DNA of 64,000 bases from a virus (taxonomy: Duplodnaviria; Caudoviricetes): the IMG/VR virus record IMGVR_UViG_3300025372_000001; one strand, written 5' to 3'. The translations under genes were made by a program, and so were the position numbers. Each line of letters starts with the position of its first letter. Position 1 is the first letter of the stretch. This document shows positions 10,647 through 19,933 of this stretch, in pieces. The notes under the pieces were generated by a model. The model was given only the letters and a program-made list of their open reading frames with translations. It was not told where the DNA came from and did not search any database.

Positions 10647-11055
10647 AGAGTTCTTACAGCAAATTATAAATTCTGCTTTATAGAAAACAAAAGAACTCTG
10701 AAAAAGAGACGCACAGCAAACCAATTTACCTTTGTATTCGGCACAAACAAGTAAACGTCTCTTGAACAAGAAATCAAACTGCAAAACAAAAATTTATTGG
10801 CAAAATAAAACAAACGATTTCTGATAAGAAGACAGTCCCGCAAATATAACAAAAAATCTATGTTCAAACAGAACCGAGAGCGTTCGATTCGCTCAACTTT
10901 ATAACTTGGTGTTTGGTAAAGGTCAAAAAGTTAGTCTTCTGAAAAGGTTTTATACTGCAAATTAAAAAGCATTTCAAGCCGTTGGTCGAAGGTTCAAGTC
11001 CTTCCTCTCTATTTTAGAGAGTAGCTCAGTTGGTAGAGCAACGTAAACAAAACCT
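10647..11055 (+). ncRNA. array of five Y-RNA-like stem-closed units
   Basis: Units 10647-10699, 10704-10763, 10769-10822, 10827-10940, 10945-11055; each closed by a different 7-9 bp stem and followed within the loop by ACAGCAAA/ACTGCAAA/CCCGCAAA; T-arm in unit 4; T-acceptor-D module in unit 5. Confidence 0.8.
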
Positions 11056-11064
11056 GTTAAAACG

Positions 11065-11094
11065 AAAACCGACAAGTAAAGTTGTCGGTTTTTT
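11065..11094 (+). terminator. intrinsic terminator of the ncRNA array
   Basis: AAAACCGACAA-GTAAAG-TTGTCGGTTTTTT. Confidence 0.85.
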
Positions 11095-11167
11095 GTTGTC
11101 GAAAAAGTGGAAACAGGATGACGAAAGTGTTACAGTATCAGTCACCTGTGACTAAATAAACAAACAG

Positions 11168-13417
11168 ATGACGAATAACTCTAATATGGAAATACTTGTT
11201 AAAAAAAGGGACGGAAGAACAGAAAAATTTGATGCGGAGAAAGCTAATAGGATTATTAAATGGGCATGTGAAGGAGTGCGAGATGTCGAAGAAGATACCA
11301 TTGGTTTAGCATTTCATACTAATATCAAAAATGGTATTTCTACTAAACAAATTCATAGAGGCTTAATCGAAGCAACTGTTTCTTTAATTACAGAGAATAC
11401 TCCTAATTATGAAATTGTTGCTGCAAATCTTCTTAATTATGAATTGAGAAAACATGTATGGGGAGGAACAGAACCCCCTAACTTTCTGACATTTATTAAA
11501 AATAATGTTAAACATAAAAGATATACTGATGAAATTTTAGAATGGTTTTCTGAAAAAGAAATCAACGATTTTGGAGAATATATTGATCATGATAGAGATT
11601 TTCTATTCAAATATTCAGGATTATCACAAGTTATTGACAAATATCTCGTTAAGAATGTAATTGATAAAACTGTATTCGAGACTCCTAATTTTGCTTATAT
11701 GCTTATTGCAATGACTCTCTTTCATAAAGAGAAAGAGATGATTAAAGAAGCATATGATGCATTTTCGACACATAAAATTTCTCTGCCTACACCTGTTTTT
11801 GCAGGTGTTAGAACTAATTTAAAATCATTTGCAAGTTGTTGTCTGTTAGATGTAGGAGATAGTATTCCTGAGATTACAACTGCATTTGAAGTGATTGCGA
11901 AAGCCACGGCTAAAAGATATGGGATTGGCGTTAACATGACTAAAATGCGGCCCATTGGTGCTCCAATTAAAGGAGGAGAGAATGCTCATACTGGTAAAGT
12001 AGGATTTCTTAGAATTATTCAAGATACTATCAAAGCATGGCTTCAAAGTTCAACCCGCTCAGGCGCAGCAACAGTGAATCTACCTATTTGGGATTATGAA
12101 ATCGAAGAAATCGTTCAATTAAAAGACCCCATGCGTCCCCCTGAAAATCGGGTAGGAGACATTGATTATTGTGTTGCATTCAGTAAAATATTCTATGATC
12201 GATATAAAAATAATGGAGTAATTACCTTATTTAACCCTCATGAGGTTCCCGAATTAGAACAAACGTATGGTTTACCTGAATTCGATGAACTTTATATCCG
12301 AGCAGAGAATAATCCTAAAATTAAAATGAAAAAAACGGTAAAGGCTCGCGAGTTTTTCACTTTATTTAATAAGTTTCGTGTTGAAACTGGTAGATTATAC
12401 ATTCTTAATATTGATCATGCCAATACTCATAGCTCTTTCTTGGAAAGAGTAGGAATGGGAAATCTTTGCCTTGAGGTTACTCACCCGACAGTTCCCATGC
12501 AACACCTGAACGATCCAGAAGGATTGATGGGTATTTGTATTCTCTGTGCAGTCAATCCTATTAATATTAAGACAGACGAAGAATTATATAATATTTGTAA
12601 GATTTCAGTTAAAATGTTAGATCATTTAATTGATTATCAAGATTATTTTTGTGAACCGGCTGAACGATTTGCTACAAAATATCGCTCATTAGGAATAGGT
12701 ATTACTAACTTTGCTGCATGGCTAGCTAAAAAAGGTTTGAAATATTCTTCGGAAGAAGCAAGAGAAGAATCCCATACCTTCTTTGAAAAGTTTCAATTCT
12801 TTTTATTGAAGGCATCTAACGAATTAGCAAAAGAAAAAGGTAAATGTGAATATTTTGATAAAACCAAATATTCCAAGGGTATTTTACCGATTGACACTTA
12901 TGTAAAAGAAATCGATAATTTTATTCCTAATAATTTACAAATGGATTGGGAATGGTTGAGAAGAGGAATTAAAGAACACGGTTTACGACATTCCACCTTA
13001 ACGGCATATATGCCGTGTGAGGCCAGTAGTTTATGTACTAATTCAACCAATGGTATTGAGCGTCCTCGTTCTAAATTTTTGGTCAAGAGTAACAAAAGCA
13101 AAGATTTCCCTATTATTATTCCTAATCATAAACGTTGGAATTATGAATATGCTTTTGAAAAATCTGATAATACGGATCATCTTAAAATGATGGCGATTAT
13201 TCAGAAATTCTGTGATATGTCCATTTCAACTAATCTTTATTATAATTATTCTTTATATCCAGATGGTAAAATACCTGCTATTACTATTTTGAAGGATATG
13301 GCAAATGCTCATAAATGGGGTATTAAGACGATTTATTATACTAATTCAGACGATGGCAACCAACATAATCTTTCTGATGTGTCTAGTAGTTGCAGTAGTG
13401 GTGCTTGCGCAATTTAA
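11168..13417 (+). CDS. nrdA: class Ia ribonucleotide reductase alpha subunit with ATP cone
   Basis: VKKRDGRTEKFD ATP cone, PTPVFAG, ASCCLL, GNLCLE, PCEASS...NSTNGIE, GIKTIYY, C-terminal CSSGACAI. Confidence 0.97.
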   Translation: MTNNSNMEILVKKRDGRTEKFDAEKANRIIKWACEGVRDVEEDTIGLAFHTNIKNGISTKQIHRGLIEATVSLITENTPNYEIVAANLLNYELRKHVWGGTEPPNFLTFIKNNVKHKRYTDEILEWFSEKEINDFGEYIDHDRDFLFKYSGLSQVIDKYLVKNVIDKTVFETPNFAYMLIAMTLFHKEKEMIKEAYDAFSTHKISLPTPVFAGVRTNLKSFASCCLLDVGDSIPEITTAFEVIAKATAKRYGIGVNMTKMRPIGAPIKGGENAHTGKVGFLRIIQDTIKAWLQSSTRSGAATVNLPIWDYEIEEIVQLKDPMRPPENRVGDIDYCVAFSKIFYDRYKNNGVITLFNPHEVPELEQTYGLPEFDELYIRAENNPKIKMKKTVKAREFFTLFNKFRVETGRLYILNIDHANTHSSFLERVGMGNLCLEVTHPTVPMQHLNDPEGLMGICILCAVNPINIKTDEELYNICKISVKMLDHLIDYQDYFCEPAERFATKYRSLGIGITNFAAWLAKKGLKYSSEEAREESHTFFEKFQFFLLKASNELAKEKGKCEYFDKTKYSKGILPIDTYVKEIDNFIPNNLQMDWEWLRRGIKEHGLRHSTLTAYMPCEASSLCTNSTNGIERPRSKFLVKSNKSKDFPIIIPNHKRWNYEYAFEKSDNTDHLKMMAIIQKFCDMSISTNLYYNYSLYPDGKIPAITILKDMANAHKWGIKTIYYTNSDDGNQHNLSDVSSSCSSGACAI

Positions 13418-13422
13418 TTCAT

Positions 13423-14505
13423 ATGACAACCATATTTAATTTTAAACCTCGTAAAAACAATATTCTTTTCTTAGGTGATCCTCTAGGAATTCAAAGATAC
13501 GATAATCCAAAATATCCTATTTTTGCTGATCTTGCTCGCAAACAATTACAGTTCTTATGGATGCCAGAGCGAATTTCTTTAATTGAAGATAAAGCCAAGT
13601 ATAGAGCATTATCTGAAACCGAAAGATTTATTTTTGATACTAACTTAAGAGTTCAAACTCTCATTGATTCATTACTAATGAGAGGGTTAGATGTATTGAA
13701 GCAAAATGTAACTAATGAAGAATTAGAGAATTCATTATCAGTGCATTCAATGGTTGAAACATCTATCCATAGTTTCTCTTATACTCATATCCTTAAATCT
13801 CTTATGGAAAAGAATATGACTCAATTCTTCGATTCTATTTTAGAAGATGAAAATATTACTAAACGTGCTCAAACTATTGTTGAGGCATATGATAAATTAT
13901 TCGATCCCAATGCTGATGATATTAAAGAGATTATTTTGAATACTATTATTCAGAATTATATTACGGAAGGGGTACTATTCTATACCAGTTTTGTAACTAG
14001 TTTCTATTTCGGTTCAAAGTTTGGATTTAAGGCGGCAGATGTAGTTAAGGAAATTGCTCGTGATGAAAACTTACACGTAGCTAATTTTCAAAACATGTTC
14101 ACTATTCTTAAGAAGAATGAGGATGAAGGTTTTTCGCATTTGATTAATTGTCCTGAATTTGAGAAAAAGGTATATGCGGCATTTACTCATGCAGTTCAAT
14201 CCGAAAAAGAATGGTCGTCGTATATTTTTTCTAAGGGAGATATGATTGGATTGAATGCAGAAATTCTAGATGCATATATTGAATGGATTGCAAACAATCG
14301 ACTTCAATCTATAGGATATAGAAAGATTTTTGAAACTAAGCGTAACCCTTTAGGATCATGGATCAATCCTTATTTCGGAATTGATGGAGATGGTAACGAA
14401 GTTAAAACACAAGTTGCCCCCCAAGAATCAAATACCATTACTAGTTATAAACTTAACTCCATTAATCATGAAATAAGTGATGCCGACTTGTCTGATATTT
14501 TTTAG
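13423..14505 (+). CDS. nrdB: class Ia ribonucleotide reductase beta subunit
   Basis: LWMPE, QTLID, ETSIHSFSYTHI (radical Tyr present), EGVLFYTSF, IARDENLH, APQE; ATG at 13423 preferred over the track start at 13405. Confidence 0.96.
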   Translation: MTTIFNFKPRKNNILFLGDPLGIQRYDNPKYPIFADLARKQLQFLWMPERISLIEDKAKYRALSETERFIFDTNLRVQTLIDSLLMRGLDVLKQNVTNEELENSLSVHSMVETSIHSFSYTHILKSLMEKNMTQFFDSILEDENITKRAQTIVEAYDKLFDPNADDIKEIILNTIIQNYITEGVLFYTSFVTSFYFGSKFGFKAADVVKEIARDENLHVANFQNMFTILKKNEDEGFSHLINCPEFEKKVYAAFTHAVQSEKEWSSYIFSKGDMIGLNAEILDAYIEWIANNRLQSIGYRKIFETKRNPLGSWINPYFGIDGDGNEVKTQVAPQESNTITSYKLNSINHEISDADLSDIF

Positions 14506-14517
14506 TAAGTAATTATT

Positions 14518-14999
14518 ATGGCTATCTTCGATTCTCTTCTTGCTCTTATCCAATTAGGAATTCAATATCTTAAATTGAAGAATCAAACCGTTTTCTTTGA
14601 TCTTTGTGATAGTTTTGAATCTCAATTAGATAAATTGTCAGCAAGAAGAGAATCCTTAAGAAAAGAAACTTCTTCGGAAGCACAACAAAAAGCAGATGAT
14701 ATTATGGACCAAATTTTAGAAATTCAAAAAAGAAAGAAACTCTTTCTAGCCGATTGGAAAAATAATAAATTATGAATAAAACTATTTTAACTCTTTTATT
14801 AATCTGGAATGTTTGTGTGTTTTCCTCTTGTGAAAACCATAAAGCAGTTCAAAATATTTATCAACCCAAAGTTCTAATTCTGAAACCTAATTCTATTATT
14901 GAAACCAAAGAAGGTGTTTATTCTTCTTCGGATAAAGAAGAAATTTGGTATAGCCGAGAATCAATTTCTAAGCTGGAAAAACAACTTTCTCAGTTTTAG
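14518..14999 (+). CDS. membrane coiled-coil protein plus lipoprotein (spanin-like pair; 14518..14775, 14772..14999)
   Basis: First has a hydrophobic N-terminus and coiled coil; second has a signal peptide ending FSS-C. Confidence 0.45.
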
Positions 15000-15035
15000 G
15001 TTTGACAAAGGAGGGAAGATGGGTTAAGGTGACGC

Positions 15036-15392
15036 ATGCACCCCATCTTAATTATTCCCCTGATTCTTTTAATTGTTTGTATTTTTGCTGCCTATTATTA
15101 TAATATGGTAGATCGTAACGAATCGGTAGGTGGTATATTTTTAATCATAGTGCTAAGTATGATAGCAGTAACAAATAACTATATTATTAAACAGTGGCCT
15201 GTTGAATATACTACGGAATCAATTACTTCTAAAATTTTTGTTCATACAAAATATGGTGAATTTGAGTCGGATAAGAAAATTGATTATGATAATTGGTCGA
15301 AGAATCTCCCTGGTTACATTATTCAAAATTGTAATGCATTTGGTAAGGTAAACAACTCTTATTTCACCACTGAACCTGTTGTTGAAAAATGA
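15036..15392 (+). CDS. membrane protein with two N-terminal TM segments
   Basis: Hydrophobic segments; TTGACA(15002)-17-TAAGGT upstream. Confidence 0.65.
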   Translation: MHPILIIPLILLIVCIFAAYYYNMVDRNESVGGIFLIIVLSMIAVTNNYIIKQWPVEYTTESITSKIFVHTKYGEFESDKKIDYDNWSKNLPGYIIQNCNAFGKVNNSYFTTEPVVEK

Positions 15393-15739
15393 TTCGATCA
15401 TATCACTCTCCTGAACGTATTAAAAAGATTTGTCGCCAATTAATACTTCAAAAAGTTTATTCTGAATACGGAACAATGATTTCGTGGTATAACCATCCTG
15501 ATAGAATCAAAAATATTTTTGTTCATTTTAATGATGATGGCACTATTTCCGGTGCATTTGTGATTCTTCATAAAAGAGATATTTTCGAAGGTTATAATTG
15601 TGGAACATTTGTTAAACCTGATTTTCGAAGAGCCGGAATTGGACGGAAATTAATCGAAAGAGCCAAGCAATTAAACCTTGACATTTATCCTTGGAAGGGC
15701 AATTATACTGCCAGAAGTTTTTATCAAAAAGTAATTTAA
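15389..15739 (+). CDS. GNAT family N-acetyltransferase
   Basis: GTFVKPDFRRAGIGRKLI acetyl-CoA motif A; N..ARSFY. Confidence 0.85.
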   Translation: MIRSYHSPERIKKICRQLILQKVYSEYGTMISWYNHPDRIKNIFVHFNDDGTISGAFVILHKRDIFEGYNCGTFVKPDFRRAGIGRKLIERAKQLNLDIYPWKGNYTARSFYQKVI

Positions 15740-15742
15740 TTT

Positions 15743-17198
15743 ATGAATAAATTTATCATTTCCTTGGATTATAACCAAGATCGTCCCTATTATATTCAAT
15801 TCAATTTTGAATCAAAAACGTGGAACGAAATTTACAATCCTTTCGCTGCCACTCTCTTTAAAACTGAACAAGAAGCCTTAGAAACTATTAAGAAATATGC
15901 TGATGTTTCGGATTATGTGAAAATTGTTGTATCACAAGATGCATTTGATGATTGGCAAGAATGGGTTCTTACTGGCGGAGTTCGCCGGACTTTTACTTTT
16001 ACAGAAGATAATATCTATAATTCGACTAAACACTCTAAGCAAGACGTTCTTGATTTTTGGCTCACCCGACATTTGACCAATGTTAAGTATGATCATTATA
16101 AAACTTGGCCGCAATTATGGCAAACCTTTAAACACTTACATGGTGTTGGAAGGTATCAAGGAAACGGAAATGATAAATCTTTTTATATTTCTATGGAAAT
16201 GAAGGTTCGTAGCAATTCTAATATTAATGCATTTAAAACCGAATTAGATTTGGTTAAAGACCGTTGTGATTGGGAAGAGGATGGCTACAAGAAGTTTTAT
16301 ATATTTGATCATGAATTAAGTGAATTTACTAATTATTATTTTCTGTATAAGAATGATGATGATTGTAAAATTATTACTACTTTTTCTACTAAATGTGAAG
16401 GAAATCTAGAAAAAGTCTTTGACTATTGGAAGAAAGAGCGTTATTATGAAGTGTAATTTAACCATAGAATAATCAATAAAATGTACTCCAAAGGCGATAA
16501 GCTCTGTTGTTTGGATGATAAATTTCATCCAGAAATTTCTTACTTGTATAAGAATCTTCCTGTTAAAAATCAAGTATACGTTTGTAGGGATTGTACTCTA
16601 GGTACAACTAATGTAGGAGCGGCAGATCAAAATCCCACCTTCCTTGTTTTATTGGAAGAATTGATTAACGACATTGATCCTCATACAGTAATGTCTTCTT
16701 GTCCGCAAGAACTAGGTTTTCGTTCAGATAGATTTGCTCCTGTTGAAGAAATTTCCGAAGAAGAGGAAGATGCTGTTTTAATTGGAGTAGGAACAGAAAA
16801 TAAACCTCATTGGTTATAATATGAACGATTACAATACTATTCCTTATGATCCTGATATTTTACATCGTTTAAGACATCATGATAAAGTTCCGGCTGCTAT
16901 CAGAGAATTAGATAATATCTCTAATATTATTCGGCAAAACATGAGTCAAGCAGCAGACGAAATCGAAAATTTGCGAAAAGAAAACGCAGATTTAGCAAAA
17001 GAACATAACTATTATGTTGCTGCATTGGGACGAGGCGCAAAAACAAATGATATTTGGCCTTTCTACCAAAAAGAACAAATTCGTAATAACGAGATCAAGG
17101 AATCTCTACGAAAAGCTATTCTAGCACAAGTTAAAGCAGAATTTCCCGATAATAAAGAGCTTATTGCTTTTTGGGATGTTGACAACGATCAAAAATAA
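15743..17198 (+). CDS. hypothetical proteins (15743..16456, 16481..16819, 16821..17198)
   Basis: ORF track, packing. Confidence 0.65.
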
Positions 17199-17217
17199 CG
17201 TATAATAAGACCACCAT

Positions 17218-18129
17218 ATGCTAAAAGAACTAAATAAAACTGAGTCGGGAGCCGTGATTTGCAGATTTCAATGTCATGTGCTTCATGCTGCACATATCGA
17301 CCTAATCAACACTGTCTTGGCTAAACATAGTCGAGTATTTGTTTTTCTAGGTTGTTCTCCTCTTCGTAATACTCCTAGAGCACCTTTAGATTTCAAACAT
17401 AGAAAGGCTATGTTGGAAGAACAATTTGGTGATAAGCTAGAAATTCATCCTATCCATGATAATCGTAGTGATGAAGTTTGGAGTAAAAATCTAGATCGAG
17501 AAATTATTCGTCTTCTTCCTCCTGGGCAAAGTACTACTCTTTATGGTTCCCGTGATTCATTCATTGGACATTATAAAGGTAAATTTCCCACTTGTGAACT
17601 TGAATCCGAATCCTTTATTTCTGCTTCACAAGTAAGAAAAGAAATTATTACTAATTATCCTTCTTCTAAAGATTTTCGAGCAGGAATGATTGCAGCAACG
17701 GGGCAACATTATCCAACAGCATATCAAACCGTAGATGTTGCCGTAGTTAATGAAACAAATGATAAAGTTCTATTGGTTAAGAAACCGGGAGAAGATAAAT
17801 GGCGTTTCATTGGAGGTTTCAGTGATCCATCGTCTAATTCTCTTGAAGATGATGCAAAACGTGAAGTAATGGAAGAAACAGGAGTGGAAATTTCTGAACC
17901 GGTTTATCTAGGTAGTTCCTTAATTAAAGATTGGAGGTACCGTAGTTGTACAAATAAGATAAAAACCGCATTATTCATGGCAACATATAAATCAGGAACA
18001 CCAGAAGGAGCAGATGATGTAGAAGCTGCAAAATGGTTTAATTTAAATGATTTAAACGAAAGTAATGTTGTGGAAGAACATCATGTTCTCCTTAACTTAT
18101 TCTTTAAAAAGGTTAAGGTGAAGGCGTAA
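17218..18129 (+). CDS. nadM: bifunctional NMN adenylyltransferase / ADP-ribose pyrophosphatase (NadM-Nudix, NatV-like)
   Basis: RFQ...LHAAH (HxxH), LG.S, L.GSRDSF, SAS.VR; Nudix box GGFSDP...SLEDDAKREVMEETG. Confidence 0.92.
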   Translation: MLKELNKTESGAVICRFQCHVLHAAHIDLINTVLAKHSRVFVFLGCSPLRNTPRAPLDFKHRKAMLEEQFGDKLEIHPIHDNRSDEVWSKNLDREIIRLLPPGQSTTLYGSRDSFIGHYKGKFPTCELESESFISASQVRKEIITNYPSSKDFRAGMIAATGQHYPTAYQTVDVAVVNETNDKVLLVKKPGEDKWRFIGGFSDPSSNSLEDDAKREVMEETGVEISEPVYLGSSLIKDWRYRSCTNKIKTALFMATYKSGTPEGADDVEAAKWFNLNDLNESNVVEEHHVLLNLFFKKVKVKA

Positions 18130-18160
18130 CCAATCAATAACATATATAGAAAATAATATA

Positions 18161-19552
18161 ATGAAAAAAGGTAATTTAATTCTGGCATGTGATTTATATA
18201 AAGTAGTTCATTGGCGACAAGTTCCAAAAAAAATTTCTTATATGCACTCTTATATTGAGGCAAGAGGAACAGAACTACCTAATGTAAATTATGTTCGTCC
18301 TTTTGGCATTCAGGGATTTATTAAAGATTATTTAGAAGGTGTTGTTATTGAACAATGGATGATTGACGAAGCAAAGGAAATTCTAGGGGAAGTATTTCAA
18401 ACTCATGAATACTTCAATGAAAAAGGATTTAGCGAAATTATTCGTCAATATAATGGGCGTTTACCTATTACCATTAAAGCCGTAGAAGAAGGTAAGAAAG
18501 TAGGATTGAAAAATGTACTGGTTACGGTAGAAGCATGGGGCGAGTTTGCATGGTTAGCCACATGGATTGAAACTATGCTGCTTAGGGCAGTTTGGTACGG
18601 CACTGCGGTATGTACTTTTAGTAGTGCATTGAAAGATATTGAACGTAAATATGCAAATCTCTGTGGATGTCCCATGAATCCATTCTTTATTTGTGACTTC
18701 GGTGGTCGCTCAGTTTCTAGCCACGAATCGGCAGGTATTGGTGGAGCAGCACATTTAGTTAATTATCTAGGCTCTGATACTGTTGAAGGTATTGTTTGGG
18801 CAAAACGTAATTACGGTCCTACTGCGACAGGTTATAGTGTGTACGCTTCGGAACACTCAACTAGTACTATTTACGGTAGGGAACATGAAATTGATGCATA
18901 TCGTCATTTCTTAAATGACGCACCAATGGATAAGATTGTCTCTATTGTAACTGATTCTTATAGCCATGAAAATGCTGTTCGTAATATTCTTGGAAAAGAA
19001 TTGAAAGAAGTTATTTTAGCAGGACATGCTAAAACTGTTATTCGTGGAGATTCTGGTGATCCACTTGATGTATCGCTTAAAACTTTGCAATGGTTGTGGG
19101 AAGATTTTTCGGGCGAAATCAATCCTCGTGGATTTAAAGTTCTTAATCCTAAAGTGCAATTACTTTGGGGTGACGGAGTAGATATAAACTCTTACGATGC
19201 TATTTTAAATTACATTACTTCTAATGGTTTTAGTTCTGAAAATATGTTTTTTGGAATGGGTGGTGAGCTTTTACAGAAAGCAAATCGTGATCGTTTTAAA
19301 TTCGCTTGCAAACTATCTCATGCTATTGTAGATGGTGTTCCAACGGACATCTTTAAAGACCCTGAAGGCGATCATTCTAAACGTTCTAAAGCAGGTATCC
19401 TTAAACTTATTTATGAAAATGGACAATATCAAACAGTTCAAGCTCATGAACGACCTGACCTTAAAGATGAATTAGAAGTAGTCTTTAAAGATGGTTATCT
19501 AATGAAAGAACTTACCTTTGAACAAATTCGCCAAAATGCAGCCAATACTTAA
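18161..19552 (+). CDS. nadV: nicotinamide phosphoribosyltransferase
   Basis: DLYK..H, DFG.R, ASEHS, SIV.DSY, IR.DSGDP, GDG, FGMGG.LLQ..NRD..KFA.K, KDP. Confidence 0.93.
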   Translation: MKKGNLILACDLYKVVHWRQVPKKISYMHSYIEARGTELPNVNYVRPFGIQGFIKDYLEGVVIEQWMIDEAKEILGEVFQTHEYFNEKGFSEIIRQYNGRLPITIKAVEEGKKVGLKNVLVTVEAWGEFAWLATWIETMLLRAVWYGTAVCTFSSALKDIERKYANLCGCPMNPFFICDFGGRSVSSHESAGIGGAAHLVNYLGSDTVEGIVWAKRNYGPTATGYSVYASEHSTSTIYGREHEIDAYRHFLNDAPMDKIVSIVTDSYSHENAVRNILGKELKEVILAGHAKTVIRGDSGDPLDVSLKTLQWLWEDFSGEINPRGFKVLNPKVQLLWGDGVDINSYDAILNYITSNGFSSENMFFGMGGELLQKANRDRFKFACKLSHAIVDGVPTDIFKDPEGDHSKRSKAGILKLIYENGQYQTVQAHERPDLKDELEVVFKDGYLMKELTFEQIRQNAANT

Positions 19553-19563
19553 TTAATAAAATT

Positions 19564-19932
19564 ATGAAAGACTTATCTTATCGGGAACGCTTTTTCCTGG
19601 TGCTTTCTTTCGTTGCATTAATCGGAGGATTCTACCAACTTGCTTCTCCTGAAAAGGACTCAACTAGTTATAATATTCCTGTTAATTCAGAAGTATGGAA
19701 ATTACAAGTCGGTAATGAGTTACCGGATTTGTCGAAGTTCAATGATAAAAATCCGATTACTTTGGAACAATTCTTAGCTATTGTTAAGAGTTTACCAGAA
19801 GGAGCATTTAAGAGTAATTTGCTTTTTATTGTTGCAGCAGATTATAATGGTGATAGTATCAAGTTGAACGAAATTCTTCAAGCCTATGGTAAGTTGTTAC
19901 AGGCCCAATTGAAATCTAAAAATACTTTATAA
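19564..19932 (+). CDS. membrane-anchored hypothetical protein
   Basis: N-terminal TM helix. Confidence 0.65.
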   Translation: MKDLSYRERFFLVLSFVALIGGFYQLASPEKDSTSYNIPVNSEVWKLQVGNELPDLSKFNDKNPITLEQFLAIVKSLPEGAFKSNLLFIVAADYNGDSIKLNEILQAYGKLLQAQLKSKNTL

Positions 19933-19933
19933 T

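Noticed and set aside
10557-10867. Minus-strand ORFs 10557..10784 and 10664..10867
   Set aside because: Antisense to the structured RNA array, which has its own + strand promoter and terminator; no protein-like features.
10647-11055. CRISPR array interpretation of the five-unit array
   Set aside because: No identical direct repeats; units share structure and a short motif only, lengths vary from about 53 to 114 nt, and there are no cas genes.
11168-14505. Introns, inteins or homing endonucleases in nrdA/nrdB
   Set aside because: Both are continuous and of normal length (749 and about 360 aa).
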